In this document: positions 28,136 to 36,642 of the stretch, one piece after another
How the letters are laid out: the number at the start of each line of letters is the position of its first letter
Numbering within the stretch: position 1 is the first letter of the stretch
Assembly (NCBI GenBank): GCA_964597885.1
Contig: CAZQZX010000001.1
Coordinates: forward strand, 9,849-73,848
DNA length: 64,000 nucleotides
Reading direction: 5' to 3'
From: an uncultured Planctomycetota bacterium
GTDB lineage: Bacteria; Planctomycetota; JACOTG01; JAUIME01
Program-made: the position numbers and the translations under genes
The notes under the pieces: generated by a model
Databases searched by the model: none
What the model saw: the letters and a program-made list of their open reading frames with translations, nothing else
Told to the model about the DNA's origin: nothing

Positions 28136-28768
28136 GTGGAACTGCAAAGAGGCAAGCGCGCGCCGGAAACGACCCGGACGCGTCCGGTGGATGCGAACGG
28201 GGCAGGAGAGACGGTGCTCGGACGCCGGAAGACGCGAGATTCGATCGACGAGACAGCCGGGGAGTGGGAGCGTCGGGCCCTCGAGGCACGACCGCGCCTG
28301 GTCTCGATCGCCGAGCGTGTCTTGCGGCATCGCGGAGACGCGGAGGACACGGCGGACGAAGCGATCAGCCGTCTCGCCCGCGAGCTTCGCGGGGGCGTCC
28401 AGTTCGTCGAGATCGAGCCCTGGCTCGTGAGGACGACCCTGCATCTCGCGATCGACCGCGCGCGTCAGTGGGTTCGGCGCAACGCGAAGCTTCACGATCT
28501 GTGGCGCTCGCGTCGGGCCGAGTCGGATCCGCGGGCCGAGGCCGAGAAGGCGGAGGCTCGCGAGGAAGTCTGGCGGCGGATCCTCGAGCTGCCCGAGAAG
28601 CGCCAGCAGGTCGTGGTGCTTCGGGACATGGAAGGGCTCGCGTACGCGGAAGTCGCTCGGATCCTCGGGATCCGGGAGTCGACGGCCCGGGCGCACGTCT
28701 ACGCGGCGCGCGAAGAGCTTCGCCGCAAGCTCGCACGATACGTGCGAGCGGAAGGGAATGACGGATGA
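28136..28768 (+). CDS. ECF sigma factor (start uncertain)
   Basis: DAEDTADEA, PWL...LAIDRAR, LPEKRQQVVVLRDMEGLAYAEVARILG. Confidence 0.85.
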   Translation: MELQRGKRAPETTRTRPVDANGAGETVLGRRKTRDSIDETAGEWERRALEARPRLVSIAERVLRHRGDAEDTADEAISRLARELRGGVQFVEIEPWLVRTTLHLAIDRARQWVRRNAKLHDLWRSRRAESDPRAEAEKAEAREEVWRRILELPEKRQQVVVLRDMEGLAYAEVARILGIRESTARAHVYAAREELRRKLARYVRAEGNDG

Positions 28769-29241
28769 AAGAAGAACACGAAGAGTCGAGCCGACGAGCG
28801 ATCGATGAGCGGTTGCACCGCGCGGTCGACGGCGAGCTGTCGGACGCGGAGTCGAGGGCCCTCGACGAAGCGCTCGATCGCGAACCGGAGCTGCGTGGCG
28901 AGCTGACCGAGCTCGAGAGCCTGCGCGATCTCATCTCCGACGTCGGGAGCTCGCCTCGCTTCGAGGCGGCCCCCGAGGGCCGTGCGCCGCTGCACGTTGG
29001 GTTACGCCGCTTCACGTCTTTTGCGGCAGCTGCGGCCGTGCTGCTGCTCGCGGGTGTGCTCGTGCTGCGTACGGATCGCGACCGCACCTCGCCGGACGGC
29101 GTCGAACCGGTCGGCCCGGACGCGCCGGCGGCCTCGCTCGAGATGCGCGTTGCGGAAGGAGAGGCGAGCCCGATGGTCGTCCCGCTGCCGAGTCGGCAGC
29201 CGGATGTCCACATCTTCTGGGTCTACCCCTTCGAGTCCTGA
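28765..29241 (+). CDS. Putative single-TM anti-sigma factor
   Basis: ATGA-coupled; LHRAVDGELSDAE anti-sigma-like N-terminus without HxxxCxxC; AAAAAVLLL TM helix. Confidence 0.75.
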   Translation: MKEEHEESSRRAIDERLHRAVDGELSDAESRALDEALDREPELRGELTELESLRDLISDVGSSPRFEAAPEGRAPLHVGLRRFTSFAAAAAVLLLAGVLVLRTDRDRTSPDGVEPVGPDAPAASLEMRVAEGEASPMVVPLPSRQPDVHIFWVYPFES

Positions 29242-29299
29242 GACTGACAAGACGAATCAATTCGCTCTCTCCCGAGAGAAGAGAAAGGAGCTTGGACCG

Positions 29300-30232
29300 A
29301 TGAAGTCACCGAGAACCGCGGTTTGGATGCTGCTCGTGGTGCTGCTTGGAACGTTGCCGTCGACGCTGTGCGCGCAGGATGGGCAGGGCAACGGGATCGA
29401 AGAGCTCGTCATCAAGACCTATGCGCTCGAGCACGCCCGTGCCTCCGATGTGGCCGGCGTCCTCGAGAGCGTCATCATCGGAAACTTCCGGATCGTGCCC
29501 GAGATGCGAACCAACCGCCTCATCGTGTCGGCCGGTGCTTCGCTTCACGCGAAGATGGTGGACACCATCACGACGCTCGATCGGCCGGTGAAGCAGGCCG
29601 CGGTGGCGCCGGGGACGGTCACCGAGATCCTCACGCCGCGGCATCGTCCGGTGAGCGCGCTCCTCGAGACGCTGCAGATGAACCTGTCGCGCGGCGGCCG
29701 CATCGTCGCCGACGAAGCGCGCAACGCGATCGTCGTCCGGGACGAAGCCGACAACGTGCGCTCGGTGAAGGCGCTCATGAACGACCTCGACGTCGCTTCG
29801 CGAGGGCTGTCGCTGCAGTTTCTGATCCTCGGCCCGGGCGGGCAGGATATGTCGAAGGTCCCGGATGCGAAGAAGGTGACCTCGGAGCTCGAATCCCTCG
29901 GCCTGAGCGGCTACGGGATCCGCGGGCGGGCGGCCGTCCGCTCCGTCGAGATGTCGAAGTTCGGCGCCGAGGGAATGTTCGACCGCGGCATGGTCTCGAT
30001 CGACGGGCGCGTGCGGCTGGTCCCGGATGGCGGCATCGCCGAGCTCGATCTGCGGGCGAAGATCAGCCTCGACATCGAGGTCGAGGACGCCCGCAAGATG
30101 GTCCCCGCGGTGGCGCAGATCACTTCGACGCTTCGGGTTCCGCTCGGGCATCTCGTGGTCGTCGGCCTGGCGCCGGCCGGGGGCGAGCCGAGCGAGCCGC
30201 TGGTCCTCGTGGTGCGCGCGGTCGCGGAATAG
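29300..30232 (+). CDS. Exported protein with two secretin N-domain (NolW-like) repeats
   Basis: AAGGAG SD; signal peptide; [22 protein letters not shown] and [15 protein letters not shown] repeats. Confidence 0.75.
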   Translation: MKSPRTAVWMLLVVLLGTLPSTLCAQDGQGNGIEELVIKTYALEHARASDVAGVLESVIIGNFRIVPEMRTNRLIVSAGASLHAKMVDTITTLDRPVKQAAVAPGTVTEILTPRHRPVSALLETLQMNLSRGGRIVADEARNAIVVRDEADNVRSVKALMNDLDVASRGLSLQFLILGPGGQDMSKVPDAKKVTSELESLGLSGYGIRGRAAVRSVEMSKFGAEGMFDRGMVSIDGRVRLVPDGGIAELDLRAKISLDIEVEDARKMVPAVAQITSTLRVPLGHLVVVGLAPAGGEPSEPLVLVVRAVAE

Positions 30233-30332
30233 CCGCTCGCGGCGGGAAGCCGTATACTGGTCCGTCGGTGGCTCGCCGCCGGCGGGCCGGTCGCTACGGA
30301 TACACTTCCCCCGTTTTCGCGGAGCTGATTCC

Positions 30333-31043
30333 ATGATTTCCACGCGCGGACCCCTCGTATCGCTGCTTGCGATGATCGCCGTTCTCGTCCTCGCCCCGAG
30401 CGCCGTGCGCGCGCAGGGCGACGTCGACCTTTCGAAGCTGCCGCCGGATCCGGCGAAGCTCGAGAAGAAGCTCTCCTCGTCGCCGACGTCCCTCGCGAAG
30501 GCCATCGAGCTCGCGAAGGCGTCGTTCGACGGTGCAAGCGCGGCCGTCGGCTCGGCGCGCGCCTACCAGAAGACCGGCAAGTCGCTGATCGACGTGATCG
30601 TGTACAGCGGCGGCGGCAAGTGGCGCGTCACGATCGACGCGGCGGCGGGCAAGGTCCTCACGAAGGATCCCGTGTCGCGATTCCCGGGCGCGCCCACGAA
30701 GGGCGAGATGGTCACGACCGACTCGGGTCTCATGTACTACGACATGGTCGTCGGCGACGGGAAGAAGCCCGCGAGCGCCACGTCGCGCGTGAAGGTGCAC
30801 TACTCGGGCTGGACCGTCGACGGCAAGATGTTCGACAGCTCCGTGGAACGCGGTCGCCCGGCGTCGTTCGGCCTGAATCAGGTCATCAAGGGGTGGACCG
30901 AAGGCGTGCAGTCGATGAAGGTCGGCGGCAAGCGCAAGCTCATCATCCCGTACCAGCTCGCCTACGGTGAGCGCGGTCGTCCGGGCGCGATCCCGCCGAA
31001 GGCGATGCTCGTCTTCGACATCGAGCTGCTCGACATCCTCTAG
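30333..31043 (+). CDS. Exported FKBP-type peptidyl-prolyl isomerase with PepSY-like N-domain
   Basis: [41 protein letters not shown]. Confidence 0.92.
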   Translation: MISTRGPLVSLLAMIAVLVLAPSAVRAQGDVDLSKLPPDPAKLEKKLSSSPTSLAKAIELAKASFDGASAAVGSARAYQKTGKSLIDVIVYSGGGKWRVTIDAAAGKVLTKDPVSRFPGAPTKGEMVTTDSGLMYYDMVVGDGKKPASATSRVKVHYSGWTVDGKMFDSSVERGRPASFGLNQVIKGWTEGVQSMKVGGKRKLIIPYQLAYGERGRPGAIPPKAMLVFDIELLDIL

Positions 31044-31084
31044 GAACGAGCGTCTCTTCTCAGCCAGAACTCGAGCGCACGCTC

Positions 31085-31450
31085 TCAGCTCTTCTTGAGA
31101 GCGTGCGCTTGCAGGTCCTCGAGATCGATGAACTCGAGCGTCGACACGTGCGTCGCCTCGAGATGAACGGGCGGCGCGATGTCGTTCTCGAGGGCTTCCC
31201 TCCAGCGCAGCGCGCACAGGCACCATCGATCGCCGGGCTTGAGCCCGGGGAACTCCGCAGCCGGCACCGGCGTGGTGAGATCGTTGCCCCGGGACTTCGA
31301 GAACTCGAGGAACTCCGCCGTGACCTCCGCGCAGACGGTGTGCAGGCCGACGTCGCCGCGTCCCGTGTTGCAGCATCCGTCCCGGAAGAAGCCGGTCTTG
31401 GGCGAGAGGCTGCAGGTTTCGAGCTTGGTGCCGAGTACGTTGCGGGCCAT
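31085..31450 (-). CDS. DUF2237-family protein
   Basis: NVLG..L..CS..P.TGFFRDGCC; HTVCA; GDRWCLCA.RW.EA. Confidence 0.9.
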   Translation of the reverse strand: MARNVLGTKLETCSLSPKTGFFRDGCCNTGRGDVGLHTVCAEVTAEFLEFSKSRGNDLTTPVPAAEFPGLKPGDRWCLCALRWREALENDIAPPVHLEATHVSTLEFIDLEDLQAHALKKS

Positions 31451-31556
31451 GGAGATGTCACCTCGGTCTGCGGGGGGCCAGGAGTCGCGATCGTCGAGCG
31501 CCTAGCCTACGGATCGCAGCCGTGTCTGGCAAACGCGAAGGCGCGGTTCGTGCGAG

Positions 31557-32474
31557 TCAGCCCCGGAGGTGCTCGAGGGACGTGCGCGCTTCGCGAACGA
31601 GCTCGCGATCGTCGATGTCGGCGCCGTAGAGCAGGATCATGATCGCGGAGAAGAGCGCCTTGAAGCGAGCGACGCGCCAGGTATCGGGGTCGACGGGTCC
31701 GTAGGCGTCGAGAAAGGCCTCGGAGGCCGAGGGCGGAAGGAACCCGCGGGCGACCGACAGATCGATGGCCCGATCGCCGACGTGGACGTCGCCCCAGTCG
31801 ATGACGCCGCAGGGATCGCCCGTCTCATCGACGAGAAGATGGCGCGCGTAGAGGTCGCCATGGACGAGCGTCGTGCGTGCCGGCGTCCAGTCCGCGGGGA
31901 TATCGTCCGCGAGGCGGCTCCACTCGTCGGTGCGATCGAGCAGCCCGTTCTCGCGGCACTGCGCGAGCCGTTCTTCGACCTGCTCGCGCCGGTAGGGGAG
32001 GTCGAGGCGGCGCCAGGTATCGTGCGGCGCGCCCGCACCGACGGCATCGGCTTCCGGTACTGCGTGCAGCGTGCGGAGGAAGCGGCCGATCGGAGCGGCG
32101 ATGCGCCGACGCGTATCCTCGTCGAGGTCGGCGCGGCAGGCGGTCGTTCCCGGGATGCGTTCGTATCCGGCAAACGGCCAGTCGTCGTCCTCGTCGGGTT
32201 GTCCGACGAACGTCGCGGCCGAGATGGCGATCGGCAGCCGATCGACCAGGCTCGGCAGCAGACGCGTCTCGGCGTGGAGGAGCTCCACGGCAACCTCGCG
32301 GCGCGGGAAGCGGAAGACGAACCGATCGTTCACGAGGAACGCCCGGTTGTCCCAGCCCTCGCTGAACAGCGTCGCGCTCGTCGGCCGCAGCTCGGGAAAC
32401 TGGCGTTCGATCCGGCGTACGGCGGTTTCGGTCGACGTTTCGCGATCGGCGAGCCAGGGCTTCCCGTCGCTCAC
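31557..32474 (-). CDS. Aminoglycoside phosphotransferase-family protein
   Basis: EGWDN, FRFPR, HGDL, IDWGD. Confidence 0.88.
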   Translation of the reverse strand: MSDGKPWLADRETSTETAVRRIERQFPELRPTSATLFSEGWDNRAFLVNDRFVFRFPRREVAVELLHAETRLLPSLVDRLPIAISAATFVGQPDEDDDWPFAGYERIPGTTACRADLDEDTRRRIAAPIGRFLRTLHAVPEADAVGAGAPHDTWRRLDLPYRREQVEERLAQCRENGLLDRTDEWSRLADDIPADWTPARTTLVHGDLYARHLLVDETGDPCGVIDWGDVHVGDRAIDLSVARGFLPPSASEAFLDAYGPVDPDTWRVARFKALFSAIMILLYGADIDDRELVREARTSLEHLRG

Positions 32475-33205
32475 CGCGCGTTCATCTCCTCGAGTCGACG
32501 CTTTGCGGCGTCGCGCCCCGGAACCGAGAAGATCGCGCGAACGTCATCGCTCACGATGTCGCTCATCGGCTCCTGCGTCCACTCGGCGTCCGAGCTCGGC
32601 TTGCTGTATTGCGTGCCGAAAACCTGTCCTTGCCCGAGGCTCTGCAGGTAGCGATCGAGGGCGGCGGCGCTCAGCCACTTGCCGGGCTCGTGACCGAGAA
32701 CCGCGGACGTGCTCGAGAGGATGTGAGCGAGGAGGAAATCCTCGGGCTCGCTTCCGTGCTGGAGCACCATCGCCGCGTGGTAGTAGTCTTGCGGCTGGGA
32801 AAGACCGCCTCGTTCGAGAATCTCACGGACGCGAGCCCGACGGTCGCGATCCGACTGCACGATCTCCTGGATCTCCTGCTGCGTCAGGTTGGACCAGTCC
32901 TTCTGACGGATTCCCTGGTCGGCCTCGAACAATCCGCGGAGGGCCAGCGAGACTTCAGAGGCGGTGTCGATGGCGCGAGGGGCCGCCTCCCGGGCAGGGC
33001 GCTCGGCGGTATCCTCGGTGAAGGTTCCGGTCGAGGGAGCCTCGGCGGGCTCCTTGGGCTCGGCACTCGTCTCGTCGGGGTGTTCGACCGCGGCCGAGGC
33101 TTCGGGGATGGCGGGCGCGGTCCGGCATCCGCCGATCAGGGCGGTCAGGACGATCAGGACGACTGTCGCCAGCGCGGTCCGTGGAGCGAGAATCGGGGGT
33201 CTCAT
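32471..33205 (-). CDS. Hypothetical lipoprotein (helical, DUF6624-like)
   Basis: IGGC lipobox; DQ..R, AAMVLQH, AAALDRYL, QVFGTQY. Confidence 0.7.
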   Translation of the reverse strand: MRPPILAPRTALATVVLIVLTALIGGCRTAPAIPEASAAVEHPDETSAEPKEPAEAPSTGTFTEDTAERPAREAAPRAIDTASEVSLALRGLFEADQGIRQKDWSNLTQQEIQEIVQSDRDRRARVREILERGGLSQPQDYYHAAMVLQHGSEPEDFLLAHILSSTSAVLGHEPGKWLSAAALDRYLQSLGQGQVFGTQYSKPSSDAEWTQEPMSDIVSDDVRAIFSVPGRDAAKRRLEEMNAR

Positions 33206-33283
33206 GGAAATCTCCGCATCAGGGCCCGTCTCGATGATCCGAACTCGCACCGATCGGGGCAAGAGGCTGATAGAATCGGGACC

Positions 33284-36200
33284 ATGAGCCGCATCGTCAA
33301 GCGCATCGCGAAGATCGCCGTCCTCGGGCTCCTGGTCGTGCTCCTGATCGGGGGGCTGCTCGGGCCTCGACTCGCGTCGGGTCTCGTGAAGTCGAAGGTC
33401 GTCGCGCTCCTCTCGGAGAAGGTGGACGGTTCCGTCACGATCGACGGTCTGTCGCTCGGGTGGCTCTCGGGGGTCTCTCTCCGCGGTCTCGTGGTGGAAG
33501 ATCCGGAAAGCGGAGCGCCCGCGCTCACGGTGACGAAGGCGACGGCGCATCCCGAGATCTTGCGGCTGATCGGTGGCGACATCATCGTGCGCGGCGTCGA
33601 GATCGAGGGAGTCGACGTCCACGCGGTGCGTCGCGACGGTGAGTGGAATCTCGCGCGGATCCTCGTACCGAGCGACGGCGGTGAGGCGCCGCCCGCAAAG
33701 CCGCGGCGCGGTCGACCCGGATCGATGCCGCAGACGCGCAATCCGACCGAGGTGCCGCCGCTCAGGATCGACGCGACGGTCCGCGACGTCACCGTTCGAC
33801 TCGACGAAGGCGACGGAGCCGAGCCGGTCACGATCCGGGCGATCGATCGGATGGAGGTCGACGTCAAGACGGGCGAGCCGATCCGCATCGATCTCGCGGG
33901 CCTCGACGGCGTCACGATCGACGGGACGCTCGACTTGTTCGACGGCGCGACGTTGCGCGACGAGCTCACGCGCAGCGGAAGCTTCGAGGTGCGCGCCTCG
34001 GATCGAGATCTCGAGTGGCTGCTCGCGCTCTTGCCCTCGAGCCTTCGGTCGCAGTTCGTGAATGAGGACGACGGCACTCCGCGGGTCGCGTTCGAGCGAG
34101 CGGATCTCGATCACACCGTGACGCTCGAGGGTTCCTCCCTGCGAGTGGCCGGCACCGCGGGCCTGAGCGATGTCGTCCTCGCGGCTGCGCGCGCCGCGTT
34201 CGAGGAAGGCGAGTCCGCCGAAGACGGTTCGGAAGGCGACGACTCGGCAAGCCGAGAGCCCGCGGCCCCGCGCGAGATCGACGCCCTCACGCTCACCGTG
34301 GATCTCGCGATCGCGCTCGGCGAGGATCCCTGGCCGACGGGCGATGTCCGACTCTCGACCGGCGAGGCGCTCGTCCCGATGGAGGGAGGCTCCGAACCGC
34401 TGCGCGTCGATTCGGTGGCCGCGCATGTCGTGCTCGGCGAGCGCAAGCAGATCCGGCTGAAGTCGTCGCGTATCGAGAGCGATGTGCTGGTCGCCGAGGT
34501 CACGGGTGCGCTCTCGCTCTTCGGCGAGTCTCCGAGCGGGACGGCCAACGTTCAAGGTTCGCTCGAGCTCGGAACGCTTTCGAAGGCGATGGCCGCGATT
34601 CCGGAATCGGGGGGCGAGGTCGAGCTCGAGGCGACGCTCCTTCCGGGCGATGCCGACGGGCGATTCGAGCTGCGCGGGACCGTACGGTCGGAAGCCGTCG
34701 AGACTCGCGCCGGCGAGGCGACGATCCGGGACGGGAACGTCGACCTGCAGTACGTCTTGATGTTCGACCCGGCCGAGATGTGGATCGGTATCGATCGCGT
34801 GACCTGGACATCGGATTTGCTGACGCTGCGGACGGAGGGCGGGGAGTTCCGTTCGATCGATGACTTCGACAACATGGCGGGGGTCGTCAAGATCGCGGCC
34901 GAGACCGAGCTCGCTCCGATCCGCGAGATGCTGCCCGAGGTTCTTCCGCGGGCGCTGCGTGGCCGCACGACGGTCCGAGGCGAGCTGTGGTCAGGGGTGG
35001 GGAAGAAGGCCGTCGACCTCTCCTTCACGGGGACGGGTCTCGCTCTCGAGGATGCCGAAGGACAGCCGCTCGAGCTGGGCGACGCCTCCGCGAAGGCCAC
35101 GATGTCGGTCGAAGGCCGCGAGCTCGACGTGCTCGAGCTGACCGCGGAGACGTCGGCCGCGAGCGTAACGGCGAAGGGGAAGCTCACGGGCCGCAAGGAG
35201 GCGCTGCCTCGCGGGGAGCTCGCGATCACCGCGCGCGCGTCGATCGAGCCGCTCCGCGCGATGCTCCCGACGGCACCCATCCCCGAGGGCCTGGCCGGGA
35301 TCTTCACGGTGGAGGGCACCGCGAAGTCGACGAAGAAGGTTGCGCTCGACCTCGGCGTCATGGGCTCGCGAGTCCGCCTCGCGGTGGACGACGAGGCCGA
35401 CAAGACGCTCGCCACGCGCGTGCGCGGTACGGTCGACCCCGAGACGCTGGCGATCGACTGCCCTCAGGTGCCGTTCTCGATCGACGGCATGAAGGGCACC
35501 GCTTCGGTCCGGATGACGCCGGGCGAGGATCTGGCGCTTGCGGGCCGCTTCGATCTGGGGCTGGAATCGCTTCGCGATGCGTTCGCGGTATATGCGCCCG
35601 ACGGCATCACGGCGACCGGCGATGGAACGATGACCTTTGACGTCTCGCTTCCGCTCGCGGAGGAGAGCACGCCGTCCGACCTGGTCGTCGACGCGACGCT
35701 CGCGGTCGAGCGGCTCGAGGTCGCGGACTGCGTCCTCGACGGGGCGAGCCTCGAGCTCGGCGTCGCGGACGGCGTCGCCGAGGTGCGCAACGGCAAGGCT
35801 CGGGTGAACGGCGGCGCCACGACGTTCGGCGGTCAGCTGCAGTACGCCGCGACCCCGCGCGTCGTGTTCGCGGAGCTCGATGCGAAGGGCGTCGGCGTTT
35901 CGGGCGAGACGCAGGGCATCCTCGCGCGCGTGATCCCGCTCTTCGCCGGAATCGGCGTCGTCGTCGAGGCGGCCACCGATCTGGACGTGGAGCTGACGGC
36001 ACAGGGCGCGGACGTCGAGGCCATGAAGCGATCGTTGCGCGGCGGGGGAACGATCGCCGTCCGGCAAGGGACGATTCGCGGCAACTCGCGGCTGACGCGC
36101 ATCCTCTCCGACCTCGGAGAGGAGGGGGACTTCGAGTTCGAGGAGTTCGCGTCCCGTTTCACGATCATGGACGGCGCCGTCCTGCAGGATCCGTTCGCGA

Positions 36201-36601
36201 TCCGTGCGAGGCAGGCCGAGCTCCGGTTGTCGGGTGTCGTGGCCTTCGACGGTCGACTCGACTACGCGATCGACGTGAAGCCGCTCGGCCAGAGCGCTCG
36301 CAACGTGCGGCGCTACGCGCGCATCCTCGACCCGGACGGCTACATCCCGTTCGGGCTCGGCGGCACGCTCGCCTCGCCGGCCGTCCGTGTTCCGAGCCCG
36401 GAGGATGTCGTGGAGAATGTCCTCGACGGCCTCCTCGATCGCGGCGTCGATCGGCTCCTTCGAGATCGTGATCGAGACGAGGAACGCGACAAGGAGCGCC
36501 GGAAGAAGCCCAAGGCCAACCCGAACAAGAAGAAGAAGAACGACAAGAAGAAGGAAGATCAGGAGAAGAAGAAAAAGAAGAAGAAGGACAAAGACGGCTA
36601 G
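33284..36601 (+). CDS. AsmA-like large beta-rich envelope protein with Lys-rich tail
   Basis: N-terminal TM anchor; long beta-repeat body; AsmA-like C-terminus (G.V.FDG.LDY, GGTLASP). Confidence 0.75.
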   Translation: MSRIVKRIAKIAVLGLLVVLLIGGLLGPRLASGLVKSKVVALLSEKVDGSVTIDGLSLGWLSGVSLRGLVVEDPESGAPALTVTKATAHPEILRLIGGDIIVRGVEIEGVDVHAVRRDGEWNLARILVPSDGGEAPPAKPRRGRPGSMPQTRNPTEVPPLRIDATVRDVTVRLDEGDGAEPVTIRAIDRMEVDVKTGEPIRIDLAGLDGVTIDGTLDLFDGATLRDELTRSGSFEVRASDRDLEWLLALLPSSLRSQFVNEDDGTPRVAFERADLDHTVTLEGSSLRVAGTAGLSDVVLAAARAAFEEGESAEDGSEGDDSASREPAAPREIDALTLTVDLAIALGEDPWPTGDVRLSTGEALVPMEGGSEPLRVDSVAAHVVLGERKQIRLKSSRIESDVLVAEVTGALSLFGESPSGTANVQGSLELGTLSKAMAAIPESGGEVELEATLLPGDADGRFELRGTVRSEAVETRAGEATIRDGNVDLQYVLMFDPAEMWIGIDRVTWTSDLLTLRTEGGEFRSIDDFDNMAGVVKIAAETELAPIREMLPEVLPRALRGRTTVRGELWSGVGKKAVDLSFTGTGLALEDAEGQPLELGDASAKATMSVEGRELDVLELTAETSAASVTAKGKLTGRKEALPRGELAITARASIEPLRAMLPTAPIPEGLAGIFTVEGTAKSTKKVALDLGVMGSRVRLAVDDEADKTLATRVRGTVDPETLAIDCPQVPFSIDGMKGTASVRMTPGEDLALAGRFDLGLESLRDAFAVYAPDGITATGDGTMTFDVSLPLAEESTPSDLVVDATLAVERLEVADCVLDGASLELGVADGVAEVRNGKARVNGGATTFGGQLQYAATPRVVFAELDAKGVGVSGETQGILARVIPLFAGIGVVVEAATDLDVELTAQGADVEAMKRSLRGGGTIAVRQGTIRGNSRLTRILSDLGEEGDFEFEEFASRFTIMDGAVLQDPFAIRARQAELRLSGVVAFDGRLDYAIDVKPLGQSARNVRRYARILDPDGYIPFGLGGTLASPAVRVPSPEDVVENVLDGLLDRGVDRLLRDRDRDEERDKERRKKPKANPNKKKKNDKKKEDQEKKKKKKKDKDG

Positions 36602-36642
36602 CCGCATCGCCGAATCTACGCTCGATGTCCCGGCGACTCTTC

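Noticed and set aside
31557-32474. Antibiotic-resistance gene
   Set aside because: APH-fold kinases are widespread; no mobile context and no substrate evidence
32609-33283. N-terminal extensions in the ORF track (also 47538-49001, 59259-59912, 14715-15065, 11703-12422)
   Set aside because: They overlap genuine neighbouring genes; downstream starts have SD or -10 signals and signal peptides
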